A stretch of DNA of 64,000 nucleotides. Origin: a virus. How positions within the stretch are numbered: the stretch's first letter is position 1; every line of letters begins with the position of its first letter. The notes beneath the pieces are model-generated. The model made no database searches, was not told the origin of the DNA, and saw only the letters and a program-made list of their open reading frames with translations. Positions 47,902 to 58,700 of the stretch are shown piece after piece. The stretch is taken from IMG/VR virus record IMGVR_UViG_3300027971_000031, positions 32,001 to 96,000 of that record. One strand, 5' to 3'. The position numbers and the translations under genes were made by a program.

Positions 47902-48369
47902 TTATATTTTTGATATTAGTTCGTTTATTCTCTTAACACTTTCATTAACTGATGGATTATACTTGTCCACCGTTTTTGAGTGTTCTTGAGATGTTCTTAC
48001 ATTTGTAAAATCTTTTTTCTCGTGAGGGTCAATAAACTGGTTCATCATACCTGCGTCCATTTTATTGGTTTTAGTGTTTTTAATATAATCCCTCATTTTT
48101 CTTAATTCACTATCAACCCAATTTTTAATCTCGACACCACCATTTAAAATAAATGAAGGTTCTTTGTGGTTGCCTTTAAAATTATCAAAAAAGTTTTTAA
48201 TTCTTTTTAATTGTTTATATGTGATAAATTTTTGACCCTGAAGTTCTTTGTTTCTATTAAAACCTTCAGTATTTTCATCCGCACCTTTAACCATATGAAA
48301 AGATTTTCTCATATGTTCCCTTTTGTCAGATGGAAACTCAATTTCTTTATCGTATAAACTTTTATTCAC
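47902..48369 (-). CDS. Hypothetical protein
   Basis: 155-aa ORF; ITYKQLKRIKNFF, LNGG..IK.WV; C-terminal NESVKRINELI. Confidence 0.7.
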   Translation of the reverse strand: MNKSLYDKEIEFPSDKREHMRKSFHMVKGADENTEGFNRNKELQGQKFITYKQLKRIKNFFDNFKGNHKEPSFILNGGVEIKNWVDSELRKMRDYIKNTKTNKMDAGMMNQFIDPHEKKDFTNVRTSQEHSKTVDKYNPSVNESVKRINELISKI

Positions 48370-49174
48370 TTTTAATCATCTTTAATAGTTCAGAAATAGA
48401 AATTCCTTCTTTTTCTGCTTGTTTTTTTAATGATGAAATATTTTTCTTTAAAATATTTGATGTGTTAGATTCTTTTTTTCCAACCTCGGAATTGTCAGAA
48501 CTTTTTTTACCCATCAAAATATCTTCCACAACTTTAATCATTTTTTGTTTTTGGATTTCAGATAAAGTTGCCCTTGTTATAAAATTTTTATCTTTATAGT
48601 AAGGTGATTTTTTATCTTTATTACCTGTTGGGTCTTGACCTTTTTGTTTTGTTCTTTCTTTAGCCTCATCAGGTTCCATACCCATTTTCTTAACTAAATA
48701 TTTGAAAGTTTCTTCACCATCCATATTTTCAGTTTCTTCATAACCAAAAGCACCTGACATATCAATCTCATCTATTTCTTCAACTGATTCACCATAATAT
48801 GTTCTATAACCACGAGAAATAGGGTCGTTTGTAATACGAGCCGCCGCAACCGTTTGGTCCATAGTTTTCATTGGGTGAAGTTTTGGGTCAAGAATTGGAA
48901 TTTTTGAGTTGGACAAAGCTCCGTCCAAGTTTACCAATTCTTCCAAATCTTTTTTAAGAGTTTTTGTAGATTTAACTTTTTTCTCTTTGGCAACTTTTTT
49001 AAGGTGGTTTTTAACTTTTTCACCCTTACTTTTTTCAAAGTGAATTACCTCATCTTTTTCACGAGCCTCATTTAAATTTCCCTCTACAGAGAAGTATAGG
49101 GAGTATTTATCTCCTTTATTTCTCAATAAAAAATAGTATGGTGACGAATAAAATTCTTTGTCTGTAGTAATCAT
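48362..49174 (-). CDS. Hypothetical protein
   Basis: 270-aa ORF; TATTTATA upstream at 49197-49190. Confidence 0.7.
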   Translation of the reverse strand: MITTDKEFYSSPYYFLLRNKGDKYSLYFSVEGNLNEAREKDEVIHFEKSKGEKVKNHLKKVAKEKKVKSTKTLKKDLEELVNLDGALSNSKIPILDPKLHPMKTMDQTVAAARITNDPISRGYRTYYGESVEEIDEIDMSGAFGYEETENMDGEETFKYLVKKMGMEPDEAKERTKQKGQDPTGNKDKKSPYYKDKNFITRATLSEIQKQKMIKVVEDILMGKKSSDNSEVGKKESNTSNILKKNISSLKKQAEKEGISISELLKMIKSE

Positions 49175-49226
49175 CTCTTCTTTTTTATCTATAAATACTA
49201 GCTCATAAGGTATTTATCATTAGTAT

Positions 49227-52097
49227 ATGGCATATCAAAACATTAATCAGTATAATTTTCGTAAATGGGGGATAAAACCAGTCAATGAAATTACCGACAT
49301 TTGCTTAGCGTCGGACGAGAGAGATTATGACCAAGAAGTCGTTTTTTCACCTTTATTAATAGGTGAATTTGATGGAAACAGAATGCCATTTAAGTTTGAC
49401 TTCAATAGTTCAGGAACAACTTTATGTCAAGTATCCCCTTGTGTTTTTAGTGCAGATACTATTGTTTCAGAGAATTATTGGAACCCTGACGACATTGACC
49501 CCAACTTTTGTCCAATCGTTACAGAATTATGTGATATTGGTCTAACGGGAATCGACAACGGACTTGTTCAAAACATGTCAGGTGAAACAATCGAAATTAC
49601 AACAGGATTATATACAAACATTTCAGACAAGTTTAGTAGATACAAATATGACAGGAGAATGAAACTTCATCCTATCACAGGTTTTACCACGACCGAAAAT
49701 AGATTATGGAATGATAACTCATACACTTATGATTTAAATTATCAAAACGTTGGTGGAGATATTGGGTATGTTGCAAACTTACAAGGTGGATTCTTCCAAG
49801 GGTTTTACAAAATACCAGGATATGATTACCAAGTTTTTCCACAAAGAGTCCCATTAGGTTGGACAGCTGAGTTCATGTTAAAGTATAGATGGACTGGTGA
49901 TACATCAGGAGGTCTTAACAACAGATATCCCGACAATAAAGGAACATTCTTTTACATGGGGGCAAGAGCCGAGAATAAATTTTACCATTATGCTGACGGT
50001 AGTCCAAAACAAGATACGGGATATACAAGAGTTACATCAGGTTTAACTTGTATGCACACTTGTGGTTGTGCAAGTAGTGCCAATACATCATCACAATGTC
50101 TTCAAGTGTATCAACCATCAGGTGGTACCATTACAAATTGTACTTGTGGATGTGCTTGTGATTGTACGACAACCGCTCAATACCCTGAAAAAGACCCACT
50201 ATATGATGAGGTTTCAAATGCATTGTCTTTAAGATTAAGTGGCGACACGGGTAGTCCAAGATTGTGTGTTAAGACATATAGAATAACAGGTGGATGTGAA
50301 CATAGTGGAACTTGTTTAACGGGACTCACTTATGTAACGGGGACTTCATTAACTGAATGGTGTTCGACAAGAGGTATTTTTGATGATTGTTCGGGAACCA
50401 CTTATCAAAATGTAGAACATTGGGTTCAGATTGATGCCGTATTCCAAAGATATGAATGGTTGGATAAATGTGACCTATATGATAAAGGTGGACTTGGTCT
50501 GCTTGTTAAAGATGTATATTATGCAACAATTGAAGGTAGAAGTGTAACCTTAATTGAACCTCCAATAACCCATGAAGCAAAATATGACCCAGCATCAACT
50601 GAAGTTGTGACATTCACTGACATGTGGACTGAAGAACAAAAGTATAGATTGGGAACACTTAAGTTTTATGTGAATGGAAAATTATTTATGGTCACTGAAA
50701 ACTTTGAAGAAATTATTCCAAGATTGTTGAATACTCCAAAAGAAAAACAAATTGGTGTTGGATATAACATTTCAATTGGTGGTGGTACTCAAGGACTTCA
50801 CGATAACTTAACATTCTCTGGTGGTTGTCCTGAAACAATTGGTGAAATTGTTTATCAACAAGACCCTGAGTGTTTAACTAATTATGATTTGGAACATACA
50901 ATTTATTCAGGATTAACAACCCAAATTAAATTGGAAGAATATTTTGGTGGTAGTATGATTGGAGAAATCAGTGCATTTAGAATGTATACTGAACCATTAA
51001 ATGCTTCACAAATTAAACACAACTTTAGAATATTAAAATTCAAATATAATTTATTAGACCCTGATTGTTTAAATTGTAGAATAACAATACCAGGAAATGA
51101 TTTAACATATATTTTAATTCCTAATAATGATTTATATTATTTGAGTATACCTGCGAATGATTTGTATTACGAACTAATTCAACCAACACCTACACCGACA
51201 AATACTCCAACTAATACGACAACGCCAACTAATACACAAACACCAACGCCAACAATTGGTACTATTACAATATCTCTTGTAGGTACATATTCACCAGGCT
51301 CAATCAACGCCAACTATATTGCAAATGCAAACACAACATTAGGTGTTGATATTGATATCACATTTGTTAACACTTTAGGTGTGACCAGTGGTTTACCAAT
51401 TGTTATCAGTGGCTCGGTTACAATACAATCGGGACAAACATTTGGAAGTAGTTATTATACTATCGTAGATGATTATAACTTATTAGACGATAATAGTGTT
51501 TTCACCTCGGTAAATGTATCAGTTACAGGCTCAACATCAAGTACGTTTGTTGTTAATACAATATCAGAGTTTGATGTTACACCAACACCAACTCCTTCAA
51601 TAACACCTACCAACACTGTAACCCCAACTAATACACCCACTAATACCGAAACACCCACTATAACACCAACTGTAACCCCAACTAATACACCTACTAATAC
51701 TAATACACCAACTGTAACACCAACTGTAACTTCAACAAACACACCTACTAATACTAATACACCAACGGTAACTCAAACTCCAACAAATACTGAAACGCCA
51801 ACACCAACCAATACTGAGACACCAACAAACACTCCAACTGAAACTCCTACTAATACACCAACTAATACACTAACACCAACTGAAACCCAAATCATTACTC
51901 CAACTCCAACAAATACTAATACACCAACCATTACCTCAACCCCAACACCGACAACAACAAGTACACCAACTGTGACACCAACTAATACTAAAACTCCAAC
52001 GCCGACTCCAACTTCAACTGAACCATTCTTTATTTTAATTCAAAATGGTGACATATTAACGGCTCAAGATGGTAGTGGAATAGAATATCAACATTAA
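49227..52097 (+). CDS. Large virion protein with LamG/concanavalin-like fold elements, Cys-rich inserts and Thr/Pro mucin-like tail
   Basis: [47 protein letters not shown]; long TPT tracts; C-terminal [14 protein letters not shown]. Confidence 0.7.
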   Translation: MAYQNINQYNFRKWGIKPVNEITDICLASDERDYDQEVVFSPLLIGEFDGNRMPFKFDFNSSGTTLCQVSPCVFSADTIVSENYWNPDDIDPNFCPIVTELCDIGLTGIDNGLVQNMSGETIEITTGLYTNISDKFSRYKYDRRMKLHPITGFTTTENRLWNDNSYTYDLNYQNVGGDIGYVANLQGGFFQGFYKIPGYDYQVFPQRVPLGWTAEFMLKYRWTGDTSGGLNNRYPDNKGTFFYMGARAENKFYHYADGSPKQDTGYTRVTSGLTCMHTCGCASSANTSSQCLQVYQPSGGTITNCTCGCACDCTTTAQYPEKDPLYDEVSNALSLRLSGDTGSPRLCVKTYRITGGCEHSGTCLTGLTYVTGTSLTEWCSTRGIFDDCSGTTYQNVEHWVQIDAVFQRYEWLDKCDLYDKGGLGLLVKDVYYATIEGRSVTLIEPPITHEAKYDPASTEVVTFTDMWTEEQKYRLGTLKFYVNGKLFMVTENFEEIIPRLLNTPKEKQIGVGYNISIGGGTQGLHDNLTFSGGCPETIGEIVYQQDPECLTNYDLEHTIYSGLTTQIKLEEYFGGSMIGEISAFRMYTEPLNASQIKHNFRILKFKYNLLDPDCLNCRITIPGNDLTYILIPNNDLYYLSIPANDLYYELIQPTPTPTNTPTNTTTPTNTQTPTPTIGTITISLVGTYSPGSINANYIANANTTLGVDIDITFVNTLGVTSGLPIVISGSVTIQSGQTFGSSYYTIVDDYNLLDDNSVFTSVNVSVTGSTSSTFVVNTISEFDVTPTPTPSITPTNTVTPTNTPTNTETPTITPTVTPTNTPTNTNTPTVTPTVTSTNTPTNTNTPTVTQTPTNTETPTPTNTETPTNTPTETPTNTPTNTLTPTETQIITPTPTNTNTPTITSTPTPTTTSTPTVTPTNTKTPTPTPTSTEPFFILIQNGDILTAQDGSGIEYQH

Positions 52098-52114
52098 AAC
52101 TAATATTTATAGAA

Positions 52115-52621
52115 ATGGCAAACGTACAAATAGCAAATTTACCGACATACACAGGAAACACAAATGGTGCTTTTCTTGTTATGAACAATAGTGGGAACAC
52201 AGAATCATTTAAAGTAACCAAAGAAACATTATTTAGCGGGTATTCGCAAAATGCAATATCACCAGTCACAGGAAGTTGGACGTTATCTGCAGGTACAAAT
52301 ACTGTTAGTTTTACAGTTCCTCAGGGTGAATCATATGTTATGTGGGTGAATGGAAATATTCCAAACGGTATTGTTAATTGGAATGCAACAGTAACACTAT
52401 CAAACAATAATGTACCTGTAATAGGTGTACAGTATGGGTGGTATTATCTCGCGGGAAATGCTTTGGAGTTAACATCAATACCAAGTCAGATAGTCGGAAC
52501 TGCGGGAACTATTAGTACATCAGCACCTGCGGGTTCAAATACAAATACCTTTACATTTGGTATAACCAATAATAGTGGCTCGTCTAAAATAATATATTAC
52601 GGATATATTAAAATAAGTTAA
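52115..52621 (+). CDS. Putative tail fibre/virion accessory protein
   Basis: N-terminal MANVQIANLP motif typical of fibre proteins; beta-rich; TATTTATA 3 nt upstream. Confidence 0.55.
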   Translation: MANVQIANLPTYTGNTNGAFLVMNNSGNTESFKVTKETLFSGYSQNAISPVTGSWTLSAGTNTVSFTVPQGESYVMWVNGNIPNGIVNWNATVTLSNNNVPVIGVQYGWYYLAGNALELTSIPSQIVGTAGTISTSAPAGSNTNTFTFGITNNSGSSKIIYYGYIKIS

Positions 52622-52622
52622 A

Positions 52623-53183
52623 ATGGATTGTTTTTACTACAGAATAACAAATTATAATAATGTTGAAACTGGATTTTACCGATGGACAGGGTGTACTGAC
52701 ATAATTGGTGTTACTCCTGTTGAACCATTACAAACTAGTTATTTTTGCGCTAAAGATATATCTGTTGAAGATTATGCTGCACCACTTGATGTTGTGGATA
52801 TGGGATTATGTCCGTCAACAACACCCACACCAACTGTAACTCCTACACCAACTCAAACATCTGTAACTCCTACACCAACTCAAACATCTGTAACCCCAAC
52901 TCAAACTCCAACACCAACAGTAACACCTGTAATTGTTTATAAATACAATTTAAGAACTGGTGGTTATTATCAAAATGTTTGTGGCTCAACATATTTTGGA
53001 AATGCAGCTAACGTTACAATTTATACCGAAAAAATATTTGGTGATTTACAAATTGGAGACAATGTTTATGGTGATATTTTATTAACAATCCCACCAATAG
53101 GTGCGAATTTCACAATTTCAGATGGCTCAACATTTATACAAATTGGAGGAACGTTGATTATTAATAAAGGAATATGTGGTTAA
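52623..53183 (+). CDS. Two-domain Cys-containing protein with Thr/Pro linker
   Basis: 4-Cys N-domain, TPT linker, IGD.VY..SDG C-domain. Confidence 0.7.
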   Translation: MDCFYYRITNYNNVETGFYRWTGCTDIIGVTPVEPLQTSYFCAKDISVEDYAAPLDVVDMGLCPSTTPTPTVTPTPTQTSVTPTPTQTSVTPTQTPTPTVTPVIVYKYNLRTGGYYQNVCGSTYFGNAANVTIYTEKIFGDLQIGDNVYGDILLTIPPIGANFTISDGSTFIQIGGTLIINKGICG

Positions 53184-53228
53184 AATTTTTTTAATTAGTA
53201 TAAAACAAAAAAATAAGTATTTATTGAT

Positions 53229-54635
53229 ATGTCATTAGGAGTAAGAATTTTAAGTAATAATTTGAGTGGTCAAACCACAAATGTTGTGTATTTTCCAGAT
53301 ACAGGAGGTACGATTGATTTGGGTACGCAAGTATTCCCATTCAATTATCTTTCAAGTTATTATTATGGTAATTATGATTGTTATGTCCCAACATATGGTT
53401 ATACATACTCATTGAATATTCCAGGTCCAACACCAAGTCCAACTCCAACAAATACTGAAACTCCAACAAACACACCAGGTTTAAGTCCATCAGCAACAGA
53501 AACTGCGACTCAAACACCTACAAATACTGCAACTCCAACTGTAACACCTACAAATACCGCAACACCAACTCCTTCAGTTACGGTAGGATTGACTCCAACC
53601 GCAACTTCAAGTAATACTCCTACTCCAACTGAGACTCCAACAAATACTCCAACTAATACTACAACACCAAGTCAAACTCCAAGTAATACTGCAACTTCAA
53701 CGGTTACGCCTACGGTAACTACAACAAATACCACAACTCCAACTAATACACCAACTAACACTGTAACACCAAGTAACTCACTTTGTAAGACTTATTTATT
53801 GTTTGGTGGTACAATAAATCAGACAACATTTGCCGGTATTGATTGTGATGGTTTTGTATATGATTTCTTCCTTGAAGTTTTAGATACTTTAGTTTATTGT
53901 GCTCAAACTGTTATTATTGTCGATGGTGACGGTAGCGCGACTTATTTAGGTGGATGTCCATTACCAACACCGACAGCAACTCCAACAAATACTGCAACTC
54001 AAACACCAACTCCTTCAATTACATCAAGTAATACACCAACACCAACTGTAACTCCAACAAATACTGAGACTCAAACTCAAACGCCAACTAACACTCCAAC
54101 TAACACGGAGACTCCAACAGAGACACCAACTAACACACCTACTAATACCGAAACTTCAACTCAAACTCCAACACCAACTAACACAGAAACTCCAACACAA
54201 ACTCAAACAAATACACCAAGTGAAACTCCAACCAATACTCCTACCAACACAAAAACTCCAACACAAACTCAAACACAATCTCAAACACCGACATTAACTA
54301 CAACTGAAACACCAACACAGACACCTACTAACACAGAAACACCAACGCCAACTACTACTAATACTCCAACACCAACTACTACTCCAACTGTTGGATATTA
54401 TGTTTATTCTTTTGGTTATAATGTATCTTCAATTGTATCCGCTTGTTCGGCAACACCTTCAAACTATTATCTTTCGCCATCATTAAATCCTCTTGACTTG
54501 GGTGATTATATCTATACAGATACGTCTCTTACCACTCCGGCCCCTAATGGTTATTATTCTGACGGCACTGGATGGTATTTAGTGAGTGGAGGTTCAGGTC
54601 AAATTACAGGTAATGACCCTAATGGATGTCCATAA
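53229..54635 (+). CDS. Thr/Pro-rich mucin-like modular protein
   Basis: Three globular domains separated by two long TPT/TNT tracts; shares domains with 2881-5082 and 54701-55747. Confidence 0.75.
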   Translation: MSLGVRILSNNLSGQTTNVVYFPDTGGTIDLGTQVFPFNYLSSYYYGNYDCYVPTYGYTYSLNIPGPTPSPTPTNTETPTNTPGLSPSATETATQTPTNTATPTVTPTNTATPTPSVTVGLTPTATSSNTPTPTETPTNTPTNTTTPSQTPSNTATSTVTPTVTTTNTTTPTNTPTNTVTPSNSLCKTYLLFGGTINQTTFAGIDCDGFVYDFFLEVLDTLVYCAQTVIIVDGDGSATYLGGCPLPTPTATPTNTATQTPTPSITSSNTPTPTVTPTNTETQTQTPTNTPTNTETPTETPTNTPTNTETSTQTPTPTNTETPTQTQTNTPSETPTNTPTNTKTPTQTQTQSQTPTLTTTETPTQTPTNTETPTPTTTNTPTPTTTPTVGYYVYSFGYNVSSIVSACSATPSNYYLSPSLNPLDLGDYIYTDTSLTTPAPNGYYSDGTGWYLVSGGSGQITGNDPNGCP

Positions 54636-54700
54636 ATTAAAAAAAAAATATTTATAACAATATAAAATAACGTAGTATTTATAATAAAATAGAAAATAAG

Positions 54701-55747
54701 ATGGCATGTAGTAAATATACCCTAACAAATACTGGTTCAACCATAGTAAATTTCAACTATAGAAGATGTGATGACTCTATGTGGGAGTATCAAGTTGAAT
54801 TAGAACAAAATCAAACTAAAAACATTTGGTTAATTAATGGTACATATTCAATTGCACCATCATTTAGTAGTAGTGTTGTTTTAGTTAATAATGGTGCCTA
54901 CCCAACGGTTCTTCCCACACATACACCAACAGGAACTCCAACGTCAACACCTACACAAACGCCAACTCAAACACAAACAGGTACTGCTGCGGTAACACCA
55001 ACTCCAACTCAAACACAAACAGGTACTGCTGCGGTAACACCAACTCCAAGTGTAACACCAACAGAAACCGCGGATGTAACACCAACTCCAACACCAACAG
55101 TAACTAATACACCAACAGTAACTAATACACCAACAGTAACTAATACACCAACACATGCTAGATTTACATTTGTAATTACTTCAGGTCTAACATCTAACGT
55201 AGCTTGTGATACGGGAGTATCGGGTACTATCTACGGTGATGAATCAATCTTTAATGATAACACTCAATTCTATAATTCATTAACAGGACCTGTAAATATT
55301 GATATGACAGGATACTATGCAAATTCAGGAGTTGTTGTTTTATTAACTACTAATGGATTTGAAACGGGTGGTTATACACTTTGTTCGGTTCTTCCAACAT
55401 TAACCCCAACTCCAACTGTAACTCAAACTCCAACTAATACACCAACTGTAACTCAAACTCCAACTAACACATCAACATCAACTCCGACACCAACACCAAC
55501 AATTGGATATTATACTTATAGTTTAGGTTATGATGCATCTTCAAATGTAACGGCTTGTTCTGCAATACTTTCAAATTATTATCTTTCTCCTTCTCAAAAC
55601 CCACTTAGTATCGGTGATACTATTTGGACTAACACAGCTCTTTCAACACCAGCGTCAAATGGATACTATTCTGATGGTATTGGTTGGTATCAAGTTACTG
55701 GCGGAGCAGGATTAATTAGTAACACTGACCCTAACGGATGTATTTAA
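54701..55747 (+). CDS. Thr/Pro-rich mucin-like modular protein
   Basis: C-terminal domain paralogous to that of 53229-54635; TPT linkers. Confidence 0.75.
   Translation: MACSKYTLTNTGSTIVNFNYRRCDDSMWEYQVELEQNQTKNIWLINGTYSIAPSFSSSVVLVNNGAYPTVLPTHTPTGTPTSTPTQTPTQTQTGTAAVTPTPTQTQTGTAAVTPTPSVTPTETADVTPTPTPTVTNTPTVTNTPTVTNTPTHARFTFVITSGLTSNVACDTGVSGTIYGDESIFNDNTQFYNSLTGPVNIDMTGYYANSGVVVLLTTNGFETGGYTLCSVLPTLTPTPTVTQTPTNTPTVTQTPTNTSTSTPTPTPTIGYYTYSLGYDASSNVTACSAILSNYYLSPSQNPLSIGDTIWTNTALSTPASNGYYSDGIGWYQVTGGAGLISNTDPNGCI
54965..55153 (+). repeat. Tandem repeats in linker: 42 bp x2 (54965-55048) and 18 bp x3.5 (55091-55153)
   Basis: actcaaacacaaacaggtactgctgcggtaacaccaactcca x2; acaccaacagtaactaat x3. 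Confidence 0.8.
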
Positions 55748-55773
55748 AAAAAAACAATACAAATATATTTTAG

Positions 55774-55803
55774 AAAACCCTTCACCTTCGTGGAGGGTTT
55801 TTT
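55774..55803 (+). terminator. Rho-independent terminator
   Basis: AAAACCCTTCAC-cttc-GTGGAGGGTTTT plus T run. Confidence 0.8.
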
Positions 55804-55829
55804 ATTTTTATATATAAAATATATTATAC

Positions 55830-57095
55830 ATGAAAATTTTCGTTCAAATCGCATCTTACAGAGACCCTCAGTTGGTTCCAACAATTAAAGACATGTTGGC
55901 AAATGCCAAAAAACCAAATAACCTTGTTATCGGTATTGCAAGACAATATAGCGATGAAGATGGTTTTGATAATTTAGATGAATATAAAGATGACAAAAGA
56001 TTTAGAATCTTAAATATTCCTTACCGAGATGCCAAAGGTGTATGTTGGGCAAGACACCAAGTTCAACAACTTTACAAAGGTGAAACATACACACTACAAA
56101 TTGATTCTCACATGAGATTTGTTAAGGATTGGGATGATATCCTTATCAAAATGATAAAGGGGTTACAGAAGGACGGGTATAAGAAGCCTCTACTTACGGG
56201 CTACGTTCCTTCTTTTGACCCCGAAAATGAACCCGCAGGAAGAGCAACCGATGCTTGGAGAATGGCGTTTGACCGTTTTATTCCTGAAGGTGCTGTGTTC
56301 TTCTTACCTGAAACAATTCCAGGTTGGAAAGAAATGAAGAAACCTGTGACCTCAAGATTTTACTCAGCTCACTTCTGTTTTACATTAGGACAATTCTCAA
56401 CTGAAGTTCAACACAACCCTGAATATTATTTTCACGGAGAAGAAATTTCAATTGCTGCAAGAGCGTACACTTGGGGTTATGATTTATTCCACCCACATAT
56501 TCCTGTTGTTTTCCACGAGTATACTCGTAAAGGTAGAACAAAACAATGGGATGATGACACAACTTGGGGACAAAAGAATAGTCACTCTCACTTAACAAAT
56601 AGAAAATTATTTGGTATGGATGGTGAAACTCAAGAAGGTCATGACGGTCCTTATGGTTTTGGTCCTGTTAGGACTTTAACCGATTATGAAAAATATGCCG
56701 GTATTCTTTTTTCAAAAAGAGCAATTGACAAACATACTTTAGATAAAAATTATCCACCAAATCCATATAATTTTGAAACAGAACAAGAGTGGAAAGATAG
56801 TTTCTGTATGATGTTCAAACATTGTATTGATATTGGATATTCTCAAGTTCCTGAAACTGATTATGATTTTTGGGTTGTTGCATTCCATAATGATAAAGAG
56901 GATACTTTATTTAGAAAAGACGCAGACAAAAATGAAATTGCTGGTTTTATGAGAGACCCTGACAAATATTGTAAAGTATGGAGAGAGTTCCAAACGGATG
57001 AAATGCCGTCTCATTGGGTTGTTTGGCCTCACTCAGAATCTAAAGGATGGTGTGATAGAATTACAGGTAGATTAACCCACAATCACATTAGTTAA
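55830..57095 (+). CDS. GT60-family polypeptide alpha-GlcNAc transferase homologue (Skp1 Gnt1/Gnt2/OGNT-like)
   Basis: IFVQIASYRDP, GVCWAR, YKGETYTLQIDSHMRF..WD (DSH metal motif), FHGEE...AARAYTWGYDLFHP, HEY.R, GPVRTL.DYE. Confidence 0.85.
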   Translation: MKIFVQIASYRDPQLVPTIKDMLANAKKPNNLVIGIARQYSDEDGFDNLDEYKDDKRFRILNIPYRDAKGVCWARHQVQQLYKGETYTLQIDSHMRFVKDWDDILIKMIKGLQKDGYKKPLLTGYVPSFDPENEPAGRATDAWRMAFDRFIPEGAVFFLPETIPGWKEMKKPVTSRFYSAHFCFTLGQFSTEVQHNPEYYFHGEEISIAARAYTWGYDLFHPHIPVVFHEYTRKGRTKQWDDDTTWGQKNSHSHLTNRKLFGMDGETQEGHDGPYGFGPVRTLTDYEKYAGILFSKRAIDKHTLDKNYPPNPYNFETEQEWKDSFCMMFKHCIDIGYSQVPETDYDFWVVAFHNDKEDTLFRKDADKNEIAGFMRDPDKYCKVWREFQTDEMPSHWVVWPHSESKGWCDRITGRLTHNHIS

Positions 57096-57829
57096 TGAAT
57101 ATTACAAATATACCTAAGTTTGTCGTTAATTTAGAAAGACGACCTGACCGATTGGAACATATCCAAAAAGAAATGGATTATATGGGTTGGGATTATGAGT
57201 TATTTAAGGCGGTTGATTTAAATAATCATGGTGGTTGTACTTTGTCTCATACAGAGATTATTAAAATAGCAAAAGAACGTGGGTATGATTCAGTAATGGT
57301 GATTGAAGACGATTGTACTTTTTTACCTTATTCAAAAGATTTAATTAATAAAATTGATACAGAATCTGGTGATTTTGAATTTGGTATAATTAATCTTGCA
57401 CCAACATTAAACAGAAAAGTTAATCGTAGTGAGGAAAATCCTCTCTTTTTAGACATTACAAATTTACCACCAAAACTAGAACATGAAAGAGGTGTCTTTG
57501 CAACAAATATGATAATCTATCATAGTTCAATTTATGACGATGTTTTAGAATTAGAAAAACCTGAAAAATTAGGGTACTACGCAATTGACGATTATATTTA
57601 TCAATTTATTTTACCTATCAAACAAAGTTATTCTCCAATACTACCAATTGCACCTCAAATGAGTAGTTGGTCTGATGTATCACAAGGACAATACAATAAT
57701 TTTTACACACAAACATATAATTGGAATTTATATAGTCCATGTAAAATACCTTCAGGATATTTACATGGGACTTTAGTTCAAGAATTAAAAGACAATAAAC
57801 AACACAACGAATTTACATATGTCAGTTAA
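57095..57829 (+). CDS. Glycosyltransferase family 25
   Basis: VVNLERRPDRL, F.AVD, GCTLSH, MVIEDDC, AIDDY. Confidence 0.85.
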   Translation: MNITNIPKFVVNLERRPDRLEHIQKEMDYMGWDYELFKAVDLNNHGGCTLSHTEIIKIAKERGYDSVMVIEDDCTFLPYSKDLINKIDTESGDFEFGIINLAPTLNRKVNRSEENPLFLDITNLPPKLEHERGVFATNMIIYHSSIYDDVLELEKPEKLGYYAIDDYIYQFILPIKQSYSPILPIAPQMSSWSDVSQGQYNNFYTQTYNWNLYSPCKIPSGYLHGTLVQELKDNKQHNEFTYVS

Positions 57830-58700
57830 ATTTATTACATCAATATATAGTGATTTATATGGTACCGAATATGGTGGACGAATTGGTAGAGGAGGACATT
57901 ATAGATACAGTCTGTTATCACTTTTAAAAATGACTGATGCCGATTTTTTATGTTATACCTCAGATAGAGAATTACCATCACTAATTACTTTTTTTTATGA
58001 AACTCATGGTATATCACCAGATAAATTAAAATTTGAAGTCTTTGATATTGCAAATACAAAATTCAAAGATTTAATTAATCAATACAAAGATGTTGAGGCA
58101 ACTAAAAAGTCTGACCGTTGTATTGAAGTTCAATATAGTAAATTTCATTGGTGGTGGAATGAAGATAAATCTTATGATTATTATTATTGGATTGATGCAG
58201 GATTATCACATTGTGGTTTAATTCCTGTAAAATATTTGGTTGGTACTCATCCTGAACAAAGATATTATGAATCAACCTTGTTTAACAACGATTTCTTAAA
58301 AAATTTAGTTGAGGATACTGGTGATAAATTTTTAATGATTGGAAAAGAAAATGACCGAAATTATTGGGCGGGAACTTTAAATCCTAAGTGGTATACAAAT
58401 TGGGAAAGAGGTATTCATATTATTGGTGGATTGTTTGGTGGTCATAAAGATAAGTGGGACGAAATTGTAACACTATTTGAAAATTATACAGAAAATGTTA
58501 TTACTGAAGATAAAGGTATACCTCATGAAGAAAATGTGATGACGTTGATGTATTATAACCATAAAGAATTAATTGAAAGAAAACATTTTGACATTTGGTG
58601 GTGTAGGGATAACGCACCTGCAGGTGTTACCGATGAAATGTTTGAGGAAAATAAAAGTTTTTTTAGAATTTTAGAAGAATTTAATAGAATATATGAGTAA
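57819..58700 (+). CDS. HtrL/WlaTC-like glycosyltransferase
   Basis: QYSKF, YYYWIDAGL, IIGGLFGG, EE.VM. Confidence 0.6.
   Translation: MSVKFITSIYSDLYGTEYGGRIGRGGHYRYSLLSLLKMTDADFLCYTSDRELPSLITFFYETHGISPDKLKFEVFDIANTKFKDLINQYKDVEATKKSDRCIEVQYSKFHWWWNEDKSYDYYYWIDAGLSHCGLIPVKYLVGTHPEQRYYESTLFNNDFLKNLVEDTGDKFLMIGKENDRNYWAGTLNPKWYTNWERGIHIIGGLFGGHKDKWDEIVTLFENYTENVITEDKGIPHEENVMTLMYYNHKELIERKHFDIWWCRDNAPAGVTDEMFEENKSFFRILEEFNRIYE

Noticed and set aside
51570-55500. Repetitive DNA that might be a CRISPR array
   Set aside because: Repeats are in-frame, degenerate codon repeats without a constant repeat/unique spacer structure, and there are no cas genes
54390-55747. Paired C-terminal domains as a DGR template/variable repeat
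   Set aside because: Differences are not confined to adenines, both copies are coding, and there is no reverse transcriptase in the window
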